Positions 38,307 through 47,489 of a stretch of 64,000 nt of DNA are shown piece by piece. The notes below the pieces were generated by a model. That model saw only the letters and a program-made list of their open reading frames with translations. It had not been told where the DNA came from and did not search any database. Position 1 is the first letter of the stretch. Every line of letters starts with the position of its first letter. Both the position numbers and the translations under genes were made by a program. The stretch is from Gemmatimonadota bacterium (GTDB lineage: Bacteria > Gemmatimonadota > Gemmatimonadetes > Longimicrobiales > Gaopeijiaceae): the NCBI GenBank assembly GCA_034521595.1, contig JAXHMG010000003.1, positions 2,208,001 to 2,272,000 on the forward strand, written 5' to 3'.

Positions 38307-39060
38307 CCTGGACGCCGCGGCGGCCGAGCCCGCGGACCGCCCCTCGGCCGGCGGCGCCTGGAAACGTCTGCTCTTCGGGCTGCTGATCCTCATCGGCTTG
38401 GTGGTGGTGGCCCGGGACGGTGCCGACCGCGTCCCGGAGATCCTGAGGCGCATCGACGCGATGGGTGCATGGGCGGCGGTCGCGTACATCGCGCTGTACA
38501 TGGGCGCCGCGGTCGCATGGATCCCCGGATCGATCCTGACGCTCGCCGCGGGCGCGATCTTCGGGCTCGGCTGGGGCACCTTGTACACGATCGTCGGCGC
38601 GACGCTCGGCGCCTCCCTCGCCTTCCTGGTCGGACGGTACATCGCTCGGGCGGCGATCGAGCGCCGTCTCGGCGACAGCCCGAAGCTGCGCGCCGTGGAC
38701 GACGCCGTCGCGAAGGAGGGCGCCAAGATCGTTTTTCTGATCCGGCTCTCTCCGGTCTTCCCCTACAACGCCCTGAACTACGCGCTCGGCCTGACGCAGG
38801 TCCGTTTCCGGGACTACGTGCCCGCGAGCGCGCTCGGTATGATCCCCGGAACGTTCATGTACGTCTACGCCGGACACGCCGCGGGTCAGATCGCGGCCGG
38901 CACTGCAGGGGCAGGTCCTTCCGGGCCGGGCCAGTACGTGCTTCTCACCCTCGGCCTCGTCGCGACCATAGCGGTCACCGTTCTGGTCACCCGGGCGGCG
39001 AAACGCGCCCTCCAGAGCACCACGGCGATCGAAGCGACCCCGCCGGACGAAACCGACTGA
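38293..39060 (+). CDS. TVP38/TMEM64 (VTT/DedA) family membrane protein
   Basis: PGSILTLAAGAIFG, RLSPVFPYNALNYALG and GMIPGTFMYVYAG. Confidence 0.9.
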   Translation: MPNASLDAAAAEPADRPSAGGAWKRLLFGLLILIGLVVVARDGADRVPEILRRIDAMGAWAAVAYIALYMGAAVAWIPGSILTLAAGAIFGLGWGTLYTIVGATLGASLAFLVGRYIARAAIERRLGDSPKLRAVDDAVAKEGAKIVFLIRLSPVFPYNALNYALGLTQVRFRDYVPASALGMIPGTFMYVYAGHAAGQIAAGTAGAGPSGPGQYVLLTLGLVATIAVTVLVTRAAKRALQSTTAIEATPPDETD

Positions 39061-39128
39061 TCGGCAGCGGACGCCCCCCTGCGCCGACATCCCGATCTCC
39101 ATCCAGATCACACGAGGTCACGTCATAA

Positions 39129-39716
39129 ATGAGTGCACGCATGCCCTACGAAGAAGCGTTTCACGCAGGCATTCCCTTCAACGAGTTCCTCGAAGCCACG
39201 GTCAAGAACCGGAGCTTGTGGCACGGGGTGGCGGCTCGTGTCACCGTGTCCGACGAAGCCATTGACCGAGCGCGGGCCACCCGGGAGGGCACGAGACTGC
39301 TGGTGCTCGCGGACGACTGGTGCGGCGACGCCGTGAACACCGTGCCCGTCGTAGCGGCTCTCGCCGACACCGTCGGTGTCGAGTTGCGAATCGTGGAGCG
39401 CGAGGCGTATCCGGAGATCATGGATGCCCACCTCACCAACGGAGCGCGGTCGATTCCGGTCGTGATCCGCCTCGACGGAGAGGGACAATGCCAGGGGTGG
39501 TGGGGACCGAGGCCCGGAGAGCTCCAAGCCTGGTTCGAAGCGGAGGGCCGCGCCCTTCCGACCGACGAGCGCTACAAGCGACTGCGTCGGTGGTATGCGC
39601 GAGACCGCGGCCGGAGCACGGCGAACGAAGTCGCCCGGTTGCTGAGCCCGGAACGGCAAAGGAGCGGCGAGCCCGAGGCTTCGACACACCCGTGCCCGGA
39701 TGAGCAAGCCGCGTGA
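39129..39716 (+). CDS. Thioredoxin family protein (WCGD monothiol type)
   Basis: LVLADDWCGDA, LTNGARSIP and WGPRP. Confidence 0.85.
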   Translation: MSARMPYEEAFHAGIPFNEFLEATVKNRSLWHGVAARVTVSDEAIDRARATREGTRLLVLADDWCGDAVNTVPVVAALADTVGVELRIVEREAYPEIMDAHLTNGARSIPVVIRLDGEGQCQGWWGPRPGELQAWFEAEGRALPTDERYKRLRRWYARDRGRSTANEVARLLSPERQRSGEPEASTHPCPDEQAA

Positions 39717-40450
39717 GCGGCGCACGGACACCCGTCCTCATACTTTCCGCGCTCGGGATGTTGGGTGCGGGCTCGGCTGGCCTCGACACGGTTCGCCTGG
39801 ATCGCCTGGAGGAAGCCGACGTGGGAGACGCCCACCCGCCGGGGTGGCAGGTCCGTTCCGTGCGCGGGGTCGAGCCACCCCACAGCGAGGTCGTCGAGGA
39901 GACGGGGCACCCCGAGCTCGATCGGGCGCTCCGGTTCGAAGCGGAAGGGCAAGCCGCGTTCTTTTGGCTCGAGCTCTCCGAGTCGATCGAGCCCGCCCGG
40001 GAAAAAGTGCGGTGGTATTGGAAAGTCGAAGATCCGGTGGACGGGGCCCATCTACGCGAGCCCGAACGGGATGACGCACCAGCACGGTTCTTCGTCGTCT
40101 TCGGGACCGGAGGCGTCTTCTCGACGCCCGAGATCCTCTTCTACACCTGGGGCGGAGCCGCCGAGGACGTCGGAACGCACTGGACCTACCCGGACGAGGA
40201 CAATTTTCGGATCATGGTGACTCGCAACGCAGACGATCCCCTCGATACGTGGCTCCGGGAAAGCCGCGACCTCCACGAAGACTACCGGCGAACCTTCGGA
40301 GGCGATCCCGAGGCCGTGACGGCGGTGGGATTCATGATCGACACCGATGACACCGGAGCGCGCGCGGCGAGCCGGCTCGGCGCCATCGCCAAGACCCTCA
40401 AGAGGTCCCCAGCGCCCGGCGCGCCCATACCAGACGCTGGAGCACGGTGA
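39713..40450 (+). CDS. DUF3047-like secreted protein
   Basis: WYWKV, RDDAPARFFVVF, YTW, RDLHEDYRRTFG and MIDTDDTG. Confidence 0.78.
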   Translation: MSGARTPVLILSALGMLGAGSAGLDTVRLDRLEEADVGDAHPPGWQVRSVRGVEPPHSEVVEETGHPELDRALRFEAEGQAAFFWLELSESIEPAREKVRWYWKVEDPVDGAHLREPERDDAPARFFVVFGTGGVFSTPEILFYTWGGAAEDVGTHWTYPDEDNFRIMVTRNADDPLDTWLRESRDLHEDYRRTFGGDPEAVTAVGFMIDTDDTGARAASRLGAIAKTLKRSPAPGAPIPDAGAR

Positions 40451-41015
40451 GCGCGGTGAGTCCCGCCATCAGCGTGAAAAGGACTCCCTGCTGCGCCGGC
40501 AGAACGAAGAAGAGCGTGTAGAACACGACGGTCTCGGTTCCCGAGATCACCCCTTCCGGGATGCTGATCGACGTCGGCTCCCCTCGCGCTTCGGCACCGT
40601 GCCGACGTTTTTCCAGGATGGCCGCCAGCACCATCCATGAGGCGGCGTTCACGTAGAAGGTCACGAGGAGCACGAGCGCGGATGCGACGAGCGTAGGATC
40701 GGCGCCGGGGCGCAGCGCCAGGACGACCGGAATCGCACCGTACACGACGAAATCGGCGAGGAGGTCGACGTACCCGCCGAGATCGCTGGACCGACCCTGG
40801 ACTCGGGCGACGGAACCGTCGAGCCCGTCGAGCACCCGGTTTCCGAGCCAGAACACGAGCCCCCACCCGAAGCGCCCTTCCCAAAGAGCGACCACCGCAC
40901 CGAGACCCACCACGAGCGCCAAGGCCGTCACGAAGCCGGGCGACACGAACGGCAGGGCCCGCGCCACGGGGTCGAAAAGCTTGTCCTTCAGAACGCGAAG
41001 CCGCGCATCGAACAC
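40398..41015 (-). CDS. CDP-alcohol phosphatidyltransferase family (YnjF-like)
   Basis: DGLDGSVAR...GGYVDLLAD signature and GTET. Confidence 0.9.
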   Translation of the reverse strand: MFDARLRVLKDKLFDPVARALPFVSPGFVTALALVVGLGAVVALWEGRFGWGLVFWLGNRVLDGLDGSVARVQGRSSDLGGYVDLLADFVVYGAIPVVLALRPGADPTLVASALVLLVTFYVNAASWMVLAAILEKRRHGAEARGEPTSISIPEGVISGTETVVFYTLFFVLPAQQGVLFTLMAGLTALTVLQRLVWARRALGTS

Positions 41016-41063
41016 CGGCTCACCCCTCCTCGGCAGGTCGTGCCCTCACGAGCGGACGTTCGC

Positions 41064-42599
41064 TCACGTCAACCGCCGCCAGAGCCGAAAATACTGATTG
41101 AACGCCCACGAGACGCGCTCCGTGAGCCGCGATCTCCGGCGGGCATCGGCCGCCTTGCGTAGGGACTCCGCGATGGTCGGGTACGGGAAGACCACATCGC
41201 TGAGCGAATCGAGTCCGACTCCGAGCGTCATGAGCTGAGAGATCTGGCCGATCAGCTCTCCTCCGTGTGGATGAACGACGGTCGCCCCGACGATTCGGTC
41301 CTTTCCCGCTTCGAGGTGGATGCGCACGAAGCCGTCCTCGTCCCCGTCGAGCCTCGCCCGGTCGACGTCGGCGAAGTCGATGGTGACGGTCTCGATCTCC
41401 ACGCCTTTGTCGGCGGCTTCCGCCTCGGAGAGTCCCACGCGAGCGAGCTCCGGGCTCGTGTAGGTGGCCCACGGGATGGTGAGCTCCGTGGACTTGCCCC
41501 GGCCGAAGAAGAGCGCGTTGCGCACCGCGAGGCGTGCCTGGGCGTCGGCGGCGTGGGTGAACTGGAACGGTGACGCGACGTCGCCGACCGCGTACACCCG
41601 CGGATTGGTGGTACGGAGCCGCGCGTCCACCTCGACACCCCGACGACCGAACGCGATCCCCGCGGCGTCGAGATCGAGGTCCAGATTCGGGGTCCGCCCG
41701 AGCGCGAGCAGCACCTCGTCTCCCTCCAACGTACGCCGCCCTCCTTCGGACTCGACGAGCACGCGCTTCCCGCCGCCCTCGCCCGAGCTGGCCTCGACGA
41801 CCTTCGTGCGGCCGAGGAACTCGACGCCGTCACGCTCCATGGCGCGCTGCACGACCCGGGCCGCATCCGGCTCCTCGCGCGGAAGCACGTGCTCCTCCAT
41901 GTCGAGGAGCACCACCGAGCTCCCGAAGCGGGCGAAGGCCTGCGCGAGCTCGCACCCGATGGCCCCCGCGCCGAGAACGAGCATGCGCTCGGGCACCTCG
42001 TCGAGGTCGAACACGGTCTCGTTCGTCAGGAAGTCGATCGTCTCGAGCCCCGCGATGGGTGGAACCATCGCCCGGGCTCCCGTGGCGAGCACGGCTCTGC
42101 GGAACGGCAACCGATGTCCGTCCACCGAAACGGAGCGATCCGAATCGAAGCGCGCTTCACCCAGGAAAACGTCGATGCCGAGCGATCGGAACCGCTCGGC
42201 TGCGTCGACGTCGCTGATCGCCGCTCGGATCTCGCGCATGCGACCCACGGCCGTGGCGTAGTCCTCGTCCCCGCGTGCCAGCGGTCCGCCGAACCGCTCG
42301 TGAGAGGAATGAGCCTCGGCCCAGGAGCGGCTCGCGCGCAGCAAGCCCTTCGAGGGCACACAACCGACGTTGAGACAGTCGCCGCCCATACGGTCGCGCT
42401 CGACGAGAGCCACTCGGGCACCCAATCCGGCCCCGATGGCAGCGCTCACGAGCCCGGCCGTGCCCGCGCCCACCACCACGAGGTCATACCGGTCCCGCGG
42501 CTCGGGATTGACCCAGTCGTGCGGACGAACGTTGTCCAACAGATCGCGGTCGTGATCGTGCGCGACCGAGCTCGCAACACCCGCTGCGTCGGCGTTCAT
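41064..42599 (-). CDS. FAD-dependent pyridine nucleotide-disulfide oxidoreductase (MerA/Lpd-like, no C-terminal Cys pair)
   Basis: GAGTAG, GGDCLNVGCVPSK, GAGAIGCE, AVGD and PYPTIAE. Confidence 0.9.
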   Translation of the reverse strand: MNADAAGVASSVAHDHDRDLLDNVRPHDWVNPEPRDRYDLVVVGAGTAGLVSAAIGAGLGARVALVERDRMGGDCLNVGCVPSKGLLRASRSWAEAHSSHERFGGPLARGDEDYATAVGRMREIRAAISDVDAAERFRSLGIDVFLGEARFDSDRSVSVDGHRLPFRRAVLATGARAMVPPIAGLETIDFLTNETVFDLDEVPERMLVLGAGAIGCELAQAFARFGSSVVLLDMEEHVLPREEPDAARVVQRAMERDGVEFLGRTKVVEASSGEGGGKRVLVESEGGRRTLEGDEVLLALGRTPNLDLDLDAAGIAFGRRGVEVDARLRTTNPRVYAVGDVASPFQFTHAADAQARLAVRNALFFGRGKSTELTIPWATYTSPELARVGLSEAEAADKGVEIETVTIDFADVDRARLDGDEDGFVRIHLEAGKDRIVGATVVHPHGGELIGQISQLMTLGVGLDSLSDVVFPYPTIAESLRKAADARRRSRLTERVSWAFNQYFRLWRRLT

Positions 42600-43351
42600 C
42601 GGTACTCCGGGTTCGGATGATCGAAACGGCACCCGGCCTCCCAGGCCGAACGCTGATTCCCGTGCGCCGGGATCCCACCTCGTTCCCGTAGCATGAGCGC
42701 CATATGCATCAGGTTCCAGGTCATGAAGGTCGTGTTCCTGTTGGTGAACTCGTTCTCCGGCCCCCCCGACTCCGGGTCGAGATAGGACGGGCCGGGGCCG
42801 GCTTCTCCGATCCAACCGGCGTCGGCCTGAGGAGGTATCACGTAGCCGAGGTGCTGCAACGAGTAGAGGATATTCATCGCGCAGTGCTTGACTCCGTCTT
42901 CGTTTCCGGTGACGAGGCAGCCCGCGACTCGACCGTAGTAGGCATACTGTCCGTGCTCGTTGAGGACGCCCGAGTAGCCGTAGAGCCGCTCGATCACCTT
43001 GCTGCAGACGGACGACTTCTCCCCGAGCCAGATGGGCGTGCCCAGCACCAGGATGTCGGCCGCCATGACCTTCTCTTGAAGCGTGGGCCACGCGTCGCGC
43101 GCCCAACCGTGCTCGGTCATGTCCGGGTAGACGCCGTACGCGATTTCGTGGTCCACGGCGCGTAGAACCTCCACCTCCACCCCTTGCTTGGCCATGATCG
43201 CCCCGGCCGTGTCGATGAGGCCGCGCGTATGGGACGTTCCGGGCGATGGCTTCAGCGTGCAGTTGATGAACAACGCGCGCAGCCCCGAAAAGTCGAGGTC
43301 GTGCGAAGTATGGTCCGAACGGGGCGTTGAAGTGTCTTGGCCACGACTCAT
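42596..43351 (-). CDS. Flavodoxin-like / NADPH-dependent FMN reductase family protein
   Basis: NCTLKPSP..SHT, ADILVLGTPIWLG and GNEDGVKH. Confidence 0.85.
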   Translation of the reverse strand: MSRGQDTSTPRSDHTSHDLDFSGLRALFINCTLKPSPGTSHTRGLIDTAGAIMAKQGVEVEVLRAVDHEIAYGVYPDMTEHGWARDAWPTLQEKVMAADILVLGTPIWLGEKSSVCSKVIERLYGYSGVLNEHGQYAYYGRVAGCLVTGNEDGVKHCAMNILYSLQHLGYVIPPQADAGWIGEAGPGPSYLDPESGGPENEFTNRNTTFMTWNLMHMALMLRERGGIPAHGNQRSAWEAGCRFDHPNPEYR

Positions 43352-43502
43352 GGCTGTTTCCTGTCTCGCAGTGGAATGGGACGAGCGACACCGTGCGGCG
43401 CGCCCACGGATGAACCGCCGGAGAGGCGTCCGGAGTTCCCCGACCCGACACGGGACGTCGCGAAGCTACCCGGCGGCCCGAGCCTCCGACGGCCGAGCTC
43501 CG

Positions 43503-43528
43503 GGAACCCGTCATGCGCTCAGCCGGTT
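43503..43528 (+). promoter_or_regulatory. Second candidate ECF promoter
   Basis: GGAAC-N18-GTT about 65 bp upstream of the second DUF3179 gene. Confidence 0.5.
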
Positions 43529-43594
43529 GGACGATCACAGCACACGGCGATCTCGAATCGCCAAGCATCCTCGCCCAGCCGGAGTCCAGCTTCC

Positions 43595-44707
43595 ATGCAC
43601 GAGCATCGTAGAACCCCGAAGGCCGCGCTCATTGCGACCGGCATCGTCATCGGACTCGGCGCCTGTTCCAGCGAGCCGGCGGTCAGGCCCTCCGGGTCTT
43701 CCCAGGCCCTCGAAGATCTGTCGTGTAGCGTTCCGGAATCGGAGATCTTCGTGGGCGCGTTCAGGGACGGCATCCCGGCGCTCACGGATCCCGAGATGCA
43801 GCTACCCGGATTCGAGGAAACGAGTCTCTGGCAAGATGACGACCGGGTGGTCGGAATGGTCCTCGGTGATCAGCCGATTGCCGTACCGCTCAACATCTTC
43901 TGGTGGCACGAGATCGTGAACCTCGACATGGATGGCTATTCGGTCGCGATCACGCACTGTCCGCTCACCGGTTCGAGTCTCGCATTCGACCGGGAACCTC
44001 AGGGCGGGGTCGAGTTCGGTGTGTCCGGACTTCTGTTCCGTAACAACCTCATGATGTACGACCGGACGGGCGAGAACGAATCGCTCTGGCCCCAGATGTC
44101 CCGCGGTGCGCGCTGCGGCCCGAAGGACGGCCAGGGGCTGGACATGCTCCCGGTCGTGGAGATGACCTACGGCAAGTGGCGGCGCATACACCCGAACACG
44201 CTCGTGGTCACGTCCGAAACCGGCTGGGATAGGGACTACTCATCGAACGGCTATCCGTACCGCGGATACGACGACCGATCGAATCCAGAGCTCCTCTTCC
44301 CGATCTCCGGAGACATCGACACACGCTTCCCACCCAAAGCCAGGGTGCTGGGCGTGCCTGAAGGCACCGGGGGCACGGCGTTTCTCTACTCCGAGCTGAA
44401 CCGCCTGGGAGACCGAGCGGTCGTAACCATGGAATCCGCGAACGAAGACTACGTCGTCTTCTGGGACGAAGAGGCGTGGGGCGCCATGGCATACCATCCG
44501 ACGGTCGACGGACAGCCTCTGACGTTCGAGGTCAGGAGCGAGAAGATCGTCGACGAAGAGACCGGCTCCACCTGGAACATGTCTGGACAGGCGACCGGCG
44601 GCGAGCTCGCCGGAAGTCGGCTCGAGCCGATCGACGAGGCGTACGTCGCCTTCTGGTTCGCATGGCCGCTGTTCCAACCCGACATTCAAGTATGGAGCGC
44701 ATCATGA
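43595..44707 (+). CDS. DUF3179 domain lipoprotein (CxxT variant)
   Basis: LGAC lipobox; DGIPALTDP, WHEIVN, THCPLTGS, FGVSGLL, MYDR and FWFAW. Confidence 0.85.
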   Translation: MHEHRRTPKAALIATGIVIGLGACSSEPAVRPSGSSQALEDLSCSVPESEIFVGAFRDGIPALTDPEMQLPGFEETSLWQDDDRVVGMVLGDQPIAVPLNIFWWHEIVNLDMDGYSVAITHCPLTGSSLAFDREPQGGVEFGVSGLLFRNNLMMYDRTGENESLWPQMSRGARCGPKDGQGLDMLPVVEMTYGKWRRIHPNTLVVTSETGWDRDYSSNGYPYRGYDDRSNPELLFPISGDIDTRFPPKARVLGVPEGTGGTAFLYSELNRLGDRAVVTMESANEDYVVFWDEEAWGAMAYHPTVDGQPLTFEVRSEKIVDEETGSTWNMSGQATGGELAGSRLEPIDEAYVAFWFAWPLFQPDIQVWSAS

Positions 44708-45615
44708 GCAAGAAGCTTGGCAACCGGTTCACCATCGCTGCGAGCATCGTCGCGGCCGCGGCACTCTTCCCGACCACGACCGAGGCCCAAGCGATCTGCA
44801 GCGCACCGCACTCGTCACCCACGCTGAGCGAGAGCGCCTCGATACGGACGTTGCCGTCCGGGGAGGGCTGGGTTCAACTCTCGACATCCTTCACCACGGC
44901 GACGGAATCGTTCAATCCGACCGGGGACCGCCAGGACTTCCTCGGTGGCTCGACGTTCGACACCCGGTCGGCCTTCCTCACCGCCTCGTACGGTGTGACG
45001 CGCGGATTGGAGATTTGGGGCCAGGTCCCGGTTCACCGTCTTCGCACGGAAGGGGGTAACGGAGGTGTGAGCCGCTCCACGGGGCTCGGTGACATCCGGA
45101 CGGCGGTCCGCGTGAGCCCGGCCCTGGTCGGAGTCGAAGCCCCCGTCGCCCTCCGGCTCGGATACAAGCAACCCGGAAGCGACTTCCCGATCGACGCGAC
45201 GGAGCTGCCCCTTACCGAGGGTCAACGCGATGTCGAGGTGAGCGTCGAATCGGGGTGGGCACCGGTTGAGTCGCCCTTCTACGTGTCGGGTTGGGCCGGG
45301 TACCGCTGGCGATCCGAGAACACGGACACCGAGCACCAGCCCGGAGACGAGGTCTTCGCGCACCTGGCCATAGGCGGCACGCTCGGCGTGCTGGGTTGGG
45401 AGCTCGGCGTGGACGGCCTCTGGGGCGGAACTCCCGTGGATCAGGGCCTCCGGCTCTCGAGCCAGGACCGCCAGTTGATACAGATCGTGCCCACGATCGC
45501 CTCGTTCGTCGGGCCGGGGAATCTCGAGATCACGGCTCCGATCCCGGTGTCGGGCCGCAACCTTCCAGCCAGCTACGGGCTGAGCGTCGGATACCGTATC
45601 GGCTGGGGACGGTGA
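44704..45615 (+). CDS. Putative outer-membrane beta-barrel channel
   Basis: Signal peptide, alternating beta-strands, STGLGDI and C-terminal GLSVGYRIGW. Confidence 0.65.
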   Translation: MSKKLGNRFTIAASIVAAAALFPTTTEAQAICSAPHSSPTLSESASIRTLPSGEGWVQLSTSFTTATESFNPTGDRQDFLGGSTFDTRSAFLTASYGVTRGLEIWGQVPVHRLRTEGGNGGVSRSTGLGDIRTAVRVSPALVGVEAPVALRLGYKQPGSDFPIDATELPLTEGQRDVEVSVESGWAPVESPFYVSGWAGYRWRSENTDTEHQPGDEVFAHLAIGGTLGVLGWELGVDGLWGGTPVDQGLRLSSQDRQLIQIVPTIASFVGPGNLEITAPIPVSGRNLPASYGLSVGYRIGWGR

Positions 45616-45622
45616 CGAAACG

Positions 45623-46271
45623 ATGAGCGAACGGACCCACACCCACCCTTCTGTCGGCAGGATCCCGGGAGTCGTTGCGCTCCTGGGCGTCCTGTTGCTC
45701 GGGGGGACGACCGTCGGCACGGCGCAGGAGCAGGAGGCGCATCTGGACGGAATCGGACACGAGCTCGGTGATCCCGAGGCGCCAGTCGTTCGTCGTCGAG
45801 TACGGCGACTTCGCCTGTGGGGCTTGTGCCCAGTTCGTCGCCGGAGCTTGGCCCGAGATCCGGGAAAAGTTCATCGAGACCGGCAAGGTCCGCTGGAAGA
45901 CCGTCCCCTTCGAGCTCGGCTTTCCGAACAGCGGAGAAGGAGCGCATGCCGGCGAGTGCGCGGCCGCCCAGGGAATGTTCTGGGAGATGCACGACGCGCT
46001 CTACGAACAGAGAGAGATGTGGGTGGGCGAGCGCGATCCCGAGGACGAGTTGGTTGATTTGGCGGGAACGACGGGGCTCGACGAAGCGCTGTTCCGCAAA
46101 TGTTACCAAGACGAGCACTACGAGGACCGCATCGACGCAGCCAACGACGCGGCGGACACCGACGGAGTCCGGGGAACCCCGACGTTCTACATCAACGGGT
46201 TCCAGGTCCAAGGAGCGCTTCCCATCGACGCCTTCCGAACCTTGCTCGAAGATGCGTCTCCCCGACGCTGA
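45623..46271 (+). pseudogene. DsbA/Thioredoxin_4 family protein with one frameshift
   Basis: Signal peptide plus LGDPEAPV, then +1 shift at ~45790 into VVEYGDFACGAC...FWEMHD...GVRGTPTFYING. Confidence 0.8.
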
Positions 46272-46665
46272 CGGATCCGCCGGCGCGACCAGCCGGAGCC
46301 GGCCCGCGCTCGCGGCACTGGCGCTGGGGCTCACCGTGCTGGCCTGCTCGAACGGGGCCACGGCGCCACCTCCGGACGGAGGGGCGGATCTCGATGAGGG
46401 AGAGGCCGCTACCCGGGTCGAGGTCATGACCGTCACGGCCGGGGCGGACGGCTCCGCCTCCGTCGGCCTTCCGGAGCATCTGGGCACATCGGAAGCTCCA
46501 CCGAACGTCGTCTGCAGCTATACGCCGGATGGGAAGAAATGGTGGATCGCGTTCGGCGATACTGCCTGTCGCCTCGAACCGGCGGGAGACGGGACGTTGC
46601 GAGTCACGATCGAGGGACTTTCCGAAGGATGGTCGATCCGGATCGAGGTACATCCGCCCGGTTGA
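46252..46665 (+). CDS. Hypothetical lipoprotein
   Basis: Hydrophobic helix ending VLAC; small beta-rich domain with two Cys. Confidence 0.6.
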   Translation: MRLPDADGSAGATSRSRPALAALALGLTVLACSNGATAPPPDGGADLDEGEAATRVEVMTVTAGADGSASVGLPEHLGTSEAPPNVVCSYTPDGKKWWIAFGDTACRLEPAGDGTLRVTIEGLSEGWSIRIEVHPPG

Positions 46666-46711
46666 CGATGTCGGCGGGCGCCGACCCCGCTACGGCGTCT
46701 AGCAGCCGCGT

Positions 46712-46930
46712 GCCGGAATCGAACTCGGGGGCAACGTCGCGTTCATCCACAACCAGCTCGACCTCCCGAGGGGCGATGCCGATCTGGAGGAGGTACTCCT
46801 CGGACGCCGCCAGCTCGAGACCAACTTTCAGGCCGGTCTCAGCCTCGGGTTCCGCTACCGCTTCGGCTCGATCTACAACAACATCGCGAACACGCGCTTC
46901 GGCGGAGGTGGGTCGCAGGATCGGTTCTGA
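46712..46930 (+). pseudogene. 3' remnant of an outer-membrane protein gene
   Basis: IHNQLDLPRGDADLEEVLLGRRQLETNFQAGLSLGFRYRFGSIYNNIANTRF; frame closed upstream by TAG at 46700, no start. Confidence 0.6.
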
Positions 46931-47108
46931 GGCCGCGAACGCTTAGCCATCGAAACGGTCGTGGAGGTAGGTGACGACGGAAACCGGGACCCGAGAGGAT
47001 GAACCGTCGAGAGCCCCGGTTGCGCACGGGCAATCCGTTTCGTCCATTGCGTACCGGCCGCCTCGGCAGCCCTCGCATCCAAGCCTCCCGCTCACGGAGT
47101 GACCGCGC

Positions 47109-47489
47109 ATGAGACCGATGACCTCGATTCTGGCCGTGACCGCCCTGTTCTTCGCCACCGATGATGTTCAGGCGCAGGAGGCGCACGCGAGCGACTACGA
47201 GGCCGAGCTTCGGGAGATGGTCGCCGAGCCCGATCCGGCCGAGCGGGACCGCGAGGTGGTTCGCGACTTCCTGGACCGCTCCGACGTGGCCGACGTCGTC
47301 GCGGAGCACGGGCTCGACCGGGAGCGACTCGAGGCCGGTGTGAGCACCCTCGATGCGGACGCCGCTGCCGATCTCGCCCGCCAGGTACGGAGCATGGGCG
47401 AGGAAGCCGAGCTGGTCGGCGGCAACACCGTCGTGCTGTCCACGAGCACCATCGTCATCATCCTCCTGATCCTCATTCTCGTGACGTGA
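47109..47489 (+). CDS. PA2779-like secreted protein with Gly-Gly and a hydrophobic C-terminal tail
   Basis: Signal peptide, acidic helical body (VRDFLDRSDV...GLD...VSTL) and LVGG-NTVVLSTSTIVIILLILILVT. Confidence 0.75.
   Translation: MRPMTSILAVTALFFATDDVQAQEAHASDYEAELREMVAEPDPAERDREVVRDFLDRSDVADVVAEHGLDRERLEAGVSTLDADAAADLARQVRSMGEEAELVGGNTVVLSTSTIVIILLILILVT

Noticed and set aside
41064-42599. True mercuric reductase merA
   Set aside because: No C-terminal Cys-Cys pair, no N-terminal metal-binding domain and no mer operon genes
36298-44707. Selenoproteins among the DUF3179/redox genes
   Set aside because: The redox positions are Cys or Thr codons; no in-frame TGA at these motifs
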